NCBI GenBank assembly: GCA_036677645.1
Contig: JAVBWB010000017.1
Location: 107,381-171,380, forward strand
DNA from: Geobacteraceae bacterium
GTDB taxonomy: Bacteria > Desulfobacterota > Desulfuromonadia > Geobacterales > Geobacteraceae
DNA: 64,000 nucleotides
Direction of reading: 5' to 3'
A model generated the notes under the pieces. It was not told where the DNA came from. It made no database searches and worked only from the letters and a program-made list of their open reading frames with translations. The position numbers were made by a program, and so were the translations under genes. Below are positions 29,251 through 38,296 of the stretch, piece by piece (the stretch's first letter is position 1; every line of letters begins with the position of its first letter).

Positions 29251-31071
29251 TTACATCTCCACGCGCGTTACCACACCCTGAAGCCTGCTGGCCGGCAGTT
29301 TGTGGAACTGCACGAAATTGGGCGTCAGTTTTTTTATGAGGCTGAAAACCTTCCATATCGGGTTACCGGTATCTATATCCTCAATACCGTAGAATATGAC
29401 CTTCTCCCGAATGCCGTTCATCTTCAGCATGCTTTCGATATCCAGCACCGCCATGTAGCCGGCTCTTATTTCCAGGGCGTCGAGCCCCGGAGCCAGGTTT
29501 TTCATCAAGTCCGTCTTGACGCCGAACGGTTCATCGGTCCTCACGATCGAAATCAGTATGTTTCTTTCATATATGATATTGCTGCGGATTATGCAATGGA
29601 TCACATAAGGCGGAATGACATTCCATTCCCGGGAGAAAAACAGGGCCGTCCCCGACAGCACTCTTCCCTCCTGGTAAATCTGCTCGTAACTCACGCGAAA
29701 GGTTTCAATGTCCAGGGGGCGCAAAGCCTGATAAAGGTTGCGCTGCCCGTTGGTCCAGATGAAAATGGTGGCCAGGGGAAATGACGCGAGAACGAGTGAC
29801 CAGTAGGCGCCATGGGGAAGCTTCGTCAGCGTTGAGGCAAGGTACACGAAATCGAGCAGACACACCAGGACCGCAATGGGCACCTTCCACTTCTTGTTGG
29901 TCCTGGAGAAGATGATGATCATCATCACACTGGTGATGGTCATCGAGCCGGTTACCGCCAAGCCGTAAGCCGCCGCCAGATTGGCCGACCGCTGGAAAAT
30001 GAGCATGATGAAAATCACCGCGCACATGAGGGTCCAGTTGATGAAGCCTATGTATATCTGCGACTTGAGCAGGTGGGAGGTGTAGTCAACTTTCATCAGC
30101 GGCATGAGACGGGTCGTGATGCCCTGGTAGACGATGGAAAAAACGCCGCTGATGACCGCCTGGGATGCAATGACCGTAGCCATGATGGTCAGGATCAAGA
30201 ACGGTATGTACAGGGCCGGCGCCTGTGACTTGACCATACCGAACAGCAGATTCTTCGCCTCCGGATTGGCGAGAACAAAGGCTCCCTGGCCGAGATAGTT
30301 GACGACCAGCGCAATAAAGACGAAATACCAGGCCCGAATAATCGGCTTTCTGCCGAGGTGGCCCATGTCGGCATAGAGCGCCTCGCCGCCCGTGGCGCAC
30401 AGGATTACCTCGGACAGGACCACAAAGCCGGCAAGTCCGTTGTGGATGAGGAATTGCACCGCATGGTGAGGGCTGACAGCCGCGATGACTTCCGGTGAGC
30501 TCGTCAGCGACACCAGGCCGCTCAGGGTCAGGACCAGGAACCAGAGCACCATGACCGGGCCGAAAACGCCCGCGACCTTGTCGGTCCCCTTGTACTGCAT
30601 GACGAAAAGGCCGATCGCTATGCACACGCCGATAAGCGTCAGCGTTCCCTGGTGAAGGCCGGCGACACCCGGGATCAGGAGTATCCCCTCGACAGCTGAC
30701 ATGATGCTGATGGCGGGAGTGATGACACCGTCACCCAACAGGAGGGAAACGCCCACAAAGGAGAGGAATCCTCCGAAGGCGAGGAGCCGGCCCGATTTGA
30801 GCAGCTTTATCAGTATCTCCCTGAGGACGATTTCGCCGCCCTGTCCCTTTCGGCCGAGGCTCATGGCCAACCAGGCGTACTCCACCGTTACCAGCAGGGT
30901 CAAGGTCCAGAAAACCAGTGACAGGATGCCGAAGACGTTTTCCCTGGTGGGGCTGGTCAGTGCAAAAATAACCGTCAGGGTGTAAATGGGGCTCGTACCG
31001 ATATCGCCGAACACCAGCCCCATGGACTTGACTATCCCGCCCCAGAAGGGTTCCTCCTGAACCGTTTTCAA
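29251..31071 (-). CDS. kup: KUP/HAK/KT potassium uptake transporter
   Basis: [15 protein letters not shown] near the N-terminus, about 12 TM segments, and a cytoplasmic C-terminal domain. The TTG start overlaps the stop of the upstream acyl-CoA synthetase (TTGA). Confidence 0.9.
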   Translation of the reverse strand: MKTVQEEPFWGGIVKSMGLVFGDIGTSPIYTLTVIFALTSPTRENVFGILSLVFWTLTLLVTVEYAWLAMSLGRKGQGGEIVLREILIKLLKSGRLLAFGGFLSFVGVSLLLGDGVITPAISIMSAVEGILLIPGVAGLHQGTLTLIGVCIAIGLFVMQYKGTDKVAGVFGPVMVLWFLVLTLSGLVSLTSSPEVIAAVSPHHAVQFLIHNGLAGFVVLSEVILCATGGEALYADMGHLGRKPIIRAWYFVFIALVVNYLGQGAFVLANPEAKNLLFGMVKSQAPALYIPFLILTIMATVIASQAVISGVFSIVYQGITTRLMPLMKVDYTSHLLKSQIYIGFINWTLMCAVIFIMLIFQRSANLAAAYGLAVTGSMTITSVMMIIIFSRTNKKWKVPIAVLVCLLDFVYLASTLTKLPHGAYWSLVLASFPLATIFIWTNGQRNLYQALRPLDIETFRVSYEQIYQEGRVLSGTALFFSREWNVIPPYVIHCIIRSNIIYERNILISIVRTDEPFGVKTDLMKNLAPGLDALEIRAGYMAVLDIESMLKMNGIREKVIFYGIEDIDTGNPIWKVFSLIKKLTPNFVQFHKLPASRLQGVVTRVEM

Positions 31072-32744
31072 GGTGTCCCGTCCCCTTTGTCGCCCTTGTC
31101 GCGCTCACGGATTTCCACACGCCGGATCTTGCCGCTGATGGTTTTCGGCAGTTCGGAAAGAAACTCGATAATGCGGGGATACTTGTACGGCGCCGTCAGT
31201 TTGCGGACATGCTCCTGGAGTTCTTCCACCAGGTCGTCGCCGGCCGAGTAATCCCTGGTCAGGACGACGGTGGCCTTGACGATCTGGCCCCTGATCTCGT
31301 CCGGAACCGCGGTGATCGCGCATTCCATGACCGCCGGGTGCTCCAGCAGAGCGCTCTCGACCTCGAAGGGCCCAATCCGGTAACCGGAGCTCTTGATGAC
31401 ATCGTCGGAGCGGCCGACAAACCAGTAGTAGCCGTCTTCGTCGCGCCAGGCCATGTCGCCGGTGTAGTAGATGTCGTCATGCCAGACCCTGGCGGTCATT
31501 TCCGGGTCGCGGTGGTAGCCGCTGAACATGCCGACCGGTTTCATGCGGCCGGTGCGTATGATTATCTGCCCTTCCTCACCGACCTCGCAGGATTTCAATG
31601 CATCATCCACGATGTCCATGTCGTACATGGGAGACGGTTTGCCCATGGACCCCGGCTTCGGCTCCATCCACGGGTAGGTGGCGATGGCAAGGGTGCATTC
31701 GGTCTGTCCGTAGCCCTCCATGAGCCGGATGCCGGTCTTCTTCAGGAACTGGTTGTACACCTCGGGATTCAGGGGCTCACCTGCGATCACGCAGTACTTG
31801 AGACCGGACAGATCGAACGGGGTGAAGTCCTCCTTGATCAGGAAGCGGTAGATGGTGGGAGGCGCACAGAACGTGTTTATGCCATATCTGGCGATGACCT
31901 CCAGGAGGTTGCGCGGCGTGAATTTGTCATAGTCGTAAACGAAGACAATACCGCCGCTCAGCCACTGGCCGTAGATCTTCCCCCAGACCGCCTTGGCCCA
32001 GCCGGTGTCGGCAATGGTCAGGTGGACGCCTCCGTCCATGACGTTCTGCCAGTATTTGGCAGTCAGAATGTGCCCCAGGGGATAAACGAAATCATGCCTG
32101 ACCATCTTTGGCATGCCGGTGGTGCCGGAAGTGAAATAGAGCAGAGAGACATCGTCATTCACCGGGGCTTCACCACCCGTGGGACGAGCGAAATCCTCCG
32201 GGGAACTCTCCAGTTCCCGGGAAAAATTGATCCAGCCTTCCCGGTCGCAATTGAGCACCGCCTTGTGTTTCAACGTCGGCGATTTGGGCTCCGCTTCGTC
32301 AACATGATGCAGAACCTCGGGATCATTGACGGTAACCACCATCTTGATGTCAGCGGCATTGTTGCGGTAGACGATGTCCTTGGCGGTCAGGAGATGGGTG
32401 GCTGGTATGCTGATGGCCCCCAGCTTGTGCAGCCCGAGCAGACAGAACCAGAACTCGTACCTTCTCTTGAGGATGAGCATGACCGGATCGCCCTTGCCGA
32501 TGCCCACACTCCGGAAAAAGGATGCCGCTTTGTCACTGTAAATTTTGAGCTGGCCGAAGGTGAAGGTCTCTTCGTTCCCCTGGTCATCGCACCAGATCAG
32601 GGCAACCCGGTCCGGGTCGCGCCGGGCCATCTCGTCAGCCACGTCGTAGGCAAAGTTGAACGAATCGGGGACGGATATGGAAAAATTTTCGATGAAATCA
32701 TCATAGGAATCATACGTCACGCGGGAAACAAATCGTTCAAGCAT
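31068..32744 (-). CDS. AMP-forming acyl-CoA synthetase (medium-chain type)
   Basis: [14 protein letters not shown] (AMP-binding P-loop), YGQTE, YYTGD and SGKIRR motifs. Confidence 0.85.
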   Translation of the reverse strand: MLERFVSRVTYDSYDDFIENFSISVPDSFNFAYDVADEMARRDPDRVALIWCDDQGNEETFTFGQLKIYSDKAASFFRSVGIGKGDPVMLILKRRYEFWFCLLGLHKLGAISIPATHLLTAKDIVYRNNAADIKMVVTVNDPEVLHHVDEAEPKSPTLKHKAVLNCDREGWINFSRELESSPEDFARPTGGEAPVNDDVSLLYFTSGTTGMPKMVRHDFVYPLGHILTAKYWQNVMDGGVHLTIADTGWAKAVWGKIYGQWLSGGIVFVYDYDKFTPRNLLEVIARYGINTFCAPPTIYRFLIKEDFTPFDLSGLKYCVIAGEPLNPEVYNQFLKKTGIRLMEGYGQTECTLAIATYPWMEPKPGSMGKPSPMYDMDIVDDALKSCEVGEEGQIIIRTGRMKPVGMFSGYHRDPEMTARVWHDDIYYTGDMAWRDEDGYYWFVGRSDDVIKSSGYRIGPFEVESALLEHPAVMECAITAVPDEIRGQIVKATVVLTRDYSAGDDLVEELQEHVRKLTAPYKYPRIIEFLSELPKTISGKIRRVEIRERDKGDKGDGTP

Positions 32745-32834
32745 GGAATAGACACCTCATTTCTCTTCGGCCGGGGAAGAGCCGGCCGGGTCCGGCGTTC
32801 GGCCCCTCCGGGCATAACGGCTCGAAGATTCATA

Positions 32835-33389
32835 TCAGAATATGATGGCAAGAAAACGCGCTGTCCGGTTGTCAAGGGCCTGCATCGCATGGGGGTGACT
32901 GGAATCGAAGTAGAGCGAATCGCCGGGATTCAGAATCAGTTCGTGATCGTCGATGATGATCTTCAGCCGGCCCTCCAGGACATAATTGAACTCCTGTCCC
33001 GGATGGCTGTTGAATGAAACGGCCGCATCCGCCTGGTCAGGGTCGACGGTTACGAGAAACGGCTCGGCAGTCTTGTGGATGAAATTGGCTGCGAGATTCT
33101 GGTATTTGTATGCTTTTCTCCGCTCAACGCTGGCGCCCGTGCCGCACCTCACCAATGTATAGACGTGAAGCCTGGGGCTCTCGCCGGTCAGCAGGTCGGT
33201 CAGCTCAACCGAGAAACGATGGGCGACCTTGTACAGAAACCCCACGGGAATATCCACTTCGCCGCTTTCAAAGCGCTGGTAGTCCTCCCGGGACACTCCC
33301 AGCTCATGGGCAAGGGTTTCCGGCGAAATACCCGCGATCTCGCGCAGATCCCTGATGCGCATGGCGATGTTTCTTATTTTTTCCGGCAT
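32835..33389 (-). CDS. XRE-family HTH regulator with C-terminal cupin domain
   Basis: The HTH has IRDLREIAGISPETLAHELGVSREDYQRFESGE. The cupin has GQEFNYVLEGRLKII...GDSLYFDSSHPHAM. Confidence 0.8.
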   Translation of the reverse strand: MPEKIRNIAMRIRDLREIAGISPETLAHELGVSREDYQRFESGEVDIPVGFLYKVAHRFSVELTDLLTGESPRLHVYTLVRCGTGASVERRKAYKYQNLAANFIHKTAEPFLVTVDPDQADAAVSFNSHPGQEFNYVLEGRLKIIIDDHELILNPGDSLYFDSSHPHAMQALDNRTARFLAIIF

Positions 33390-33490
33390 TCTGGGACTCC
33401 TCCTTTGCCATTGAAACGCCCCGGACGTCGCATTCAGCGGACGCCGACGCAGCAGTGTCATAGAAGTAGCACTTTCATGGAAAATTGCAA

Positions 33491-34768
33491 TCAGTATTTG
33501 AAAATGAGGCTGGCGGCCAGCAGATGCATGTCGGTTCCGTACCTGCCGTTGGCGGTCCCTGAGCCGGGAAGGCCGAAAGGATCGCCGATGGAGTTGCTCT
33601 TGGTGCGGTTTTCCAGCAACTGGTAGGCATAGCTGAAGGACATGGTGAGTTTCTTGAAGGTCAGTTCGGTTCCAACGCAGAAGAGGTGCGTATCGGAATC
33701 GGGAATGGATGGTTCGAAGGTTTCGTCGGGCACCGGATTGTCGCTGTAAAGATATCCCGCAAGCAACGATACGGAATCATTCAGCCGGTATCGGGCGCCT
33801 AGATTATAGGCAAACGTGCTTTTCCAGTTCTTTTGAGCCGTCTGGGTAACGCCGTTGTCAAATTTCACCTGGAGTTGCCTGAAGGAAGACCAGTCCTCCC
33901 ACCGGATCCCCGCCTCAAGGGTAAGAGGATAGAACCCTTTGTAGCTGATGCCCGCGGTAACCTGCTGCGGCAGCGTCAGGTCGGCCCTGCCGCGAGAGTT
34001 TACCAGAAAGGGCGGAACTTGTGTATCATAGCTGCCCGTTCCCTCGACCCCTATCTTGACTTCGCTCCTGTAGGCAGCGCCGACCGAAACCGTTTTGCTC
34101 ACATCGTACAGGAAACCGATGTTGAAACCGATGCCGGTGCCGTCGCCGGAGAATTTCGAGCCGTTGTCGGCAAGCAGTCCAGGGCCGAGTACGCCGCCGA
34201 GAACGAAATTCACCCCATTCATATTGATGTTACTCTCCAGCTTCGTATCAAGGTAAATGATGTCGAGTCCGGCAGCCAGCGCGAGCTTGTGAGTGATTTT
34301 CACCGACACGACCGGATTGAAGGCCAGGGTAAGAAGTTCGGAATTTGTTGCCAGATAACGCCCTTCCCAGGTCTTGCCCCAATCAGTACCGAGTCCGAAC
34401 GGGGAAAAAAACCCGAAACCAACGCTCACTCTGTCGGAAGCATGGTGGGTAATGAAAAAGGTGCTGGGATAGAAAACCGTATCCTTGGTCTCCGCCTTTG
34501 CCCCGGAAACGCCGGAAAACTCTCGCAACGGGAACAGCAGGGTCGTGCCGATCTCGACCTGGGTTCCGCTCAATCGGTTGATAAGTGCGGGATTGTAGAA
34601 CACGCTCGACGGCTCTTCTCCATGAGCGGTCACTGCTGCAGCCTCTCCCAGGGGGGCCGCACCGTGGGTGAAAATGCCGAAGCCCGACGCATCCGCACCC
34701 GAGGGCAGACACGCGTAGAAACCCAAAGCCGCCAAAAACACCATGCTGAAAGATAATTTCGACAACAT
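33491..34768 (-). CDS. FadL/TodX-family outer-membrane hydrophobic-compound channel
   Basis: Signal peptide MLSKLSFSMVFLAALGFYA, then GFGIFTHGAAPLGEAAA...NPA, and a terminal aromatic residue (FKY). A GGAG SD lies 6 nt before the ATG at 34768. Confidence 0.75.
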   Translation of the reverse strand: MLSKLSFSMVFLAALGFYACLPSGADASGFGIFTHGAAPLGEAAAVTAHGEEPSSVFYNPALINRLSGTQVEIGTTLLFPLREFSGVSGAKAETKDTVFYPSTFFITHHASDRVSVGFGFFSPFGLGTDWGKTWEGRYLATNSELLTLAFNPVVSVKITHKLALAAGLDIIYLDTKLESNINMNGVNFVLGGVLGPGLLADNGSKFSGDGTGIGFNIGFLYDVSKTVSVGAAYRSEVKIGVEGTGSYDTQVPPFLVNSRGRADLTLPQQVTAGISYKGFYPLTLEAGIRWEDWSSFRQLQVKFDNGVTQTAQKNWKSTFAYNLGARYRLNDSVSLLAGYLYSDNPVPDETFEPSIPDSDTHLFCVGTELTFKKLTMSFSYAYQLLENRTKSNSIGDPFGLPGSGTANGRYGTDMHLLAASLIFKY

Positions 34769-35099
34769 ACGCAGCTCCATTTCCGGCGGAAACCGCACGC
34801 GTCCGGCGGACAATAAATTAATTAGCAACAACAAATTACTGACAATCGTCAGCATATAAAAACATGTGTTTATGCATAAGTCAAATTATTTTTTTCGTTG
34901 TTATTGGCCAACTTACACCCATTCAGACTTGTTTAATCAATTTTTTATATTTTAAATTACTTATTAAAATAATGTGCAAGCAGGTATTATTTCAAGATCA
35001 GGTGGAAAGCTTGTTGCTCTTCGCCAATTACGATGGTATAAAATTCCGTTTGTACCATGAATTACTGAGAAAATATCTTAAGCAAAAGCGGAGCCGGAC

Positions 35100-35909
35100 A
35101 TGCAAAGCAATGCATATCTCATGGAAAACGCCGACGAAGCCACCCGCCTCGATATGAAAACAGACCAGTTGGCATTACGCCGGCAGGCCCTATGGGCCGG
35201 CATAAGGCAGGGAATGCATGTCGCGGATGTCGGGTCGGGATCCGGGATCACTTCTTCGTACCTGCATTCCCTCGTGCAGCCCGGGGGAACCGTCACCGGC
35301 GTGGATGCTTCCAAAGAACGGATTGATTACGCCAGGGATCGTTACGGGCTTGAAGGAATCACTTTTCACCAGCACGACATGCGCCAGCCGCTGGATGGCC
35401 TGGGACAGTTCGATTTCGTCTGGGTCCGCTTTGTCCTTGAATATTTCAGGAGCAACAGCGAGTCGCTGGTCAGGAACATTTCGAACATCGTGAAACCTGG
35501 AGGCATATTGTGCCTGGTCGACCTCGACCATAACTGCCTGAATCATTTCGGCATGTCAGAAAGGCTGGAAAAAACCCTGTACGGCATAATCGGCGCGCTT
35601 CAGGAAAAAGCAAATTTCGACCCTTACGCGGGAAGGAAGCTTTATTCTTTTCTATATGATCTCGGATATGAGGAAATCGATGTAACGGTATCCGCCCATC
35701 ACCTGATTTTCGGCTCTCTTCAGGAGTCGGACGCGTTCAATTGGATGAAAAAAGTGGAGGTGGCGCCGAAAAAGATCGGTTACACCTTTACGGAATATGA
35801 AGGCGGGTACGAAGAGTTTTTAGAGGAGTTCAGAAACTTCCTCAACGATCCACGCAGGTTTACCTATTCTCCCATAATTTCCTGCAGGGGAATCAAACCG
35901 GCGGCATGA
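35100..35909 (+). CDS. Class I SAM-dependent methyltransferase
   Basis: Motif I VADVGSGSGITS, followed by VTGVDAS and FDFVWVRFVLEYF. Confidence 0.75.
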   Translation: MQSNAYLMENADEATRLDMKTDQLALRRQALWAGIRQGMHVADVGSGSGITSSYLHSLVQPGGTVTGVDASKERIDYARDRYGLEGITFHQHDMRQPLDGLGQFDFVWVRFVLEYFRSNSESLVRNISNIVKPGGILCLVDLDHNCLNHFGMSERLEKTLYGIIGALQEKANFDPYAGRKLYSFLYDLGYEEIDVTVSAHHLIFGSLQESDAFNWMKKVEVAPKKIGYTFTEYEGGYEEFLEEFRNFLNDPRRFTYSPIISCRGIKPAA

Positions 35910-35916
35910 TGCCGCA

Positions 35917-38280
35917 TCATTTGGGGACATCTCCTGCCGCGGAGTAGATCGGCCCCTGCTCATGCGCCTGACCATCCAGTCCATCAACAACACTGACCCG
36001 AAAGGATTTTACAAAAGCCTGTACAATTTCCTCTGAGGGCTTGACGTCCTGAAATTCGACACCGAACCCGGCAGGGAATGACGGTTTCTTTGGCGAGCCG
36101 GCACTATTTACCCAGACCACCCGACCCTTTGCGGTTACCGAAACCGCTCCAATTCCGGGCAACGCAAACGACAGTTCCACCGGAACTCCGTCATTCACCA
36201 CCTCGCCATCAACAGCCACGTACATCCCGCCAGCACTGATGTCCCTGCTGAAACCCGTCAGAGACTTGTCCCCGATTTTCATCGATACGGGAACCCTGCA
36301 GGGAGCGCGACGCTTGCGCAGGGAATAGACGGGGAACGGGCCTTTAGCCTTCTCAGCAACGAAATCCGGACTCTTTTCCATGAAAGCCAGAAAGGCTCTC
36401 ACTACCCTTTTTTCGAAATACGTTCCCGAATGCTCCTCAAGCAAACGCACGGCATCTTCCAGTTTCATCGGGTCACGATAGTGGCGTTTCGCCGTAATTG
36501 CCTCAAAGAAATCGGCAACGGCGATAATCTTGGCGCCTAACGGGATTTCGTGTCCGTAAAGCCCCCGCGGATAACCGCTGCCATCAATTTTTTCGTGATG
36601 ACTGCCGGCGATTTCAGGCACTTGGCGGTAAATCCCCTCGAAATTGATCTGTTGGAGAATCTCCCTGGTCTTGGTGACGTGGAACTTGACCTGGTTGTAT
36701 TCATCCTCGGTCAATCTGCCTTCTTTTTTCAGTATTGAGTCGGGGATCCCGATCTTCCCATAGTCATGCAGAAGGGCCGCGACCCGGATCATTTCACAAT
36801 AGTCCTTTTCCAGGTCCAGTTCCCTGCAGATGCCGACAGCATACCTGGTTACCTTTTCGGCATGACCCGCCGTCAACGCGTCCCGAGCATCGATGCTGGC
36901 AGCAAGCACCTGCAGGGTGGAGTTGAACTGCTGTTCCTTGGCTTCGTTCAGCATGGCGTTCCGTATGCTCATGCCGACGACCGAAGCGATCCCCGTCAAG
37001 AGGCTTCGGTCAGTATTGATCAGCGGTTTTTTCGTGACGATATTATCCACGGCAAGGATGCCGAGAGGCTCGCCTTCACAGACAATGGGACACACGATGA
37101 AGGATTGCGCTCCCATCTTCCTGGCAAAAGCCAGACTGTTGGGAGACAGGTCGGCACTGATTTCATCGAACTGGTTGACCAGAAAAGGCTTCTGTTCACG
37201 GAAGGATATGACGAAGATCCCCTTCGATTCGGGTCTGTCCAAATGAAAGGAAGTCTTCAGCAGAAGACTCTCGACTTCATTCGTGTACCCGTAGCCGGAT
37301 CGGAACTGGAGGCTGGTTTTCTGGCGATTTGCCAAAAGGATCATGCCGCGGTCGTAATTCAGCCTTTTCTCCAGGATCTGCACGACATTGGTCAGGATCT
37401 GATCCAGCTGGGCATATCTGTTCACTGCCTGGCTTACTTCGTTGGTGATGAGAATATTGTTATAGTTCAGGTTTATCTGTTCCAGCAACTTGTCAGTCGA
37501 ATCCTGAAGATTGCTGATGGCAGCATTGAGCTCCTTGACCTCCAGCCGCCTCACTTGCCAGCTCAGGGCAAGAACAAGTCCAAACGAGAGGACTGCCGGC
37601 CACATCAGCGGAAGTGAACGGAAACACGAAAAAATGGAAGCAAAGCCCACAACCAGCAGGCATACGGCATAATTGCGGATTCTTTTCCAGATGTCGGACT
37701 TGGTGCGTTTCCAGCTCAGAACATAACGGCACCGATCCCCTCCCTTGAACATGCATTCGGGATGCAGGACTTCGGGCAAATCAGGAGTGAACAGCTTGAG
37801 AATTGCCTCCAGGAAACCGATCCTGTTTTCACACTGGAATGGTCGCTCAGTTATTCCCGGCCGCGGGGTAACCGTTACCTCAACCTTGTTGTCTCCCAGC
37901 CTCCGGGCTTCATATATCGCTGAGCGGGTAAAGTTGACAGCCCCCTTACCTATCATTTCATACGCCTTCAAGGGACCGACGAGCCCGAGGAAGAATTTCC
38001 GCATGACCCCGCTCGCTTCAGGGGATGCCGCGTACTGCCCGGCCTCGCGGGCGATATGTTCATTGCCCGTCAGGTGGACCAGTCTTTCGTAAAACAGGTC
38101 AATCTGACGCTGCGAGAACCAGTGCCCCTGATCCGATATCTCGTATTGCGTGATCCCGGCATATTCAAGAAGGTCGGCCATTGAAACGTGGGGGTACCTT
38201 CTCTTCACCAACTTGATGTAGGTATCAATGATTCTGCTGTTATATATGGGGGAGTCAATTCCTTCAATATTTGGTTGCAT
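35917..38280 (-). CDS. V4R-like sensor / TM / GAF / HD-GYP / PilZ multidomain protein
   Basis: The N-terminal approximately 190 aa end in HPECMFKGGDRCRYVLSW, resembling V4R/XylR-N, and are followed by two TM segments. A GAF-like region has FIVCPIVCEGEPLGILAV, and the HD-GYP has LHDYGKIGIPDSILKK...HHEKIDGSGYPRGL. The C-terminal PilZ carries RRAPCR (RxxxR) and DISAGG (DxSxxG). Confidence 0.85.
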   Translation of the reverse strand: MQPNIEGIDSPIYNSRIIDTYIKLVKRRYPHVSMADLLEYAGITQYEISDQGHWFSQRQIDLFYERLVHLTGNEHIAREAGQYAASPEASGVMRKFFLGLVGPLKAYEMIGKGAVNFTRSAIYEARRLGDNKVEVTVTPRPGITERPFQCENRIGFLEAILKLFTPDLPEVLHPECMFKGGDRCRYVLSWKRTKSDIWKRIRNYAVCLLVVGFASIFSCFRSLPLMWPAVLSFGLVLALSWQVRRLEVKELNAAISNLQDSTDKLLEQINLNYNNILITNEVSQAVNRYAQLDQILTNVVQILEKRLNYDRGMILLANRQKTSLQFRSGYGYTNEVESLLLKTSFHLDRPESKGIFVISFREQKPFLVNQFDEISADLSPNSLAFARKMGAQSFIVCPIVCEGEPLGILAVDNIVTKKPLINTDRSLLTGIASVVGMSIRNAMLNEAKEQQFNSTLQVLAASIDARDALTAGHAEKVTRYAVGICRELDLEKDYCEMIRVAALLHDYGKIGIPDSILKKEGRLTEDEYNQVKFHVTKTREILQQINFEGIYRQVPEIAGSHHEKIDGSGYPRGLYGHEIPLGAKIIAVADFFEAITAKRHYRDPMKLEDAVRLLEEHSGTYFEKRVVRAFLAFMEKSPDFVAEKAKGPFPVYSLRKRRAPCRVPVSMKIGDKSLTGFSRDISAGGMYVAVDGEVVNDGVPVELSFALPGIGAVSVTAKGRVVWVNSAGSPKKPSFPAGFGVEFQDVKPSEEIVQAFVKSFRVSVVDGLDGQAHEQGPIYSAAGDVPK

Positions 38281-38296
38281 AAAGGCGTCCAGTGTG

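Noticed and set aside
31209-33017. 602-aa ORF on the plus strand
   Set aside because: It is antisense to the acyl-CoA synthetase and the XRE-cupin gene. It has no motifs and its composition is typical of shadow frames.
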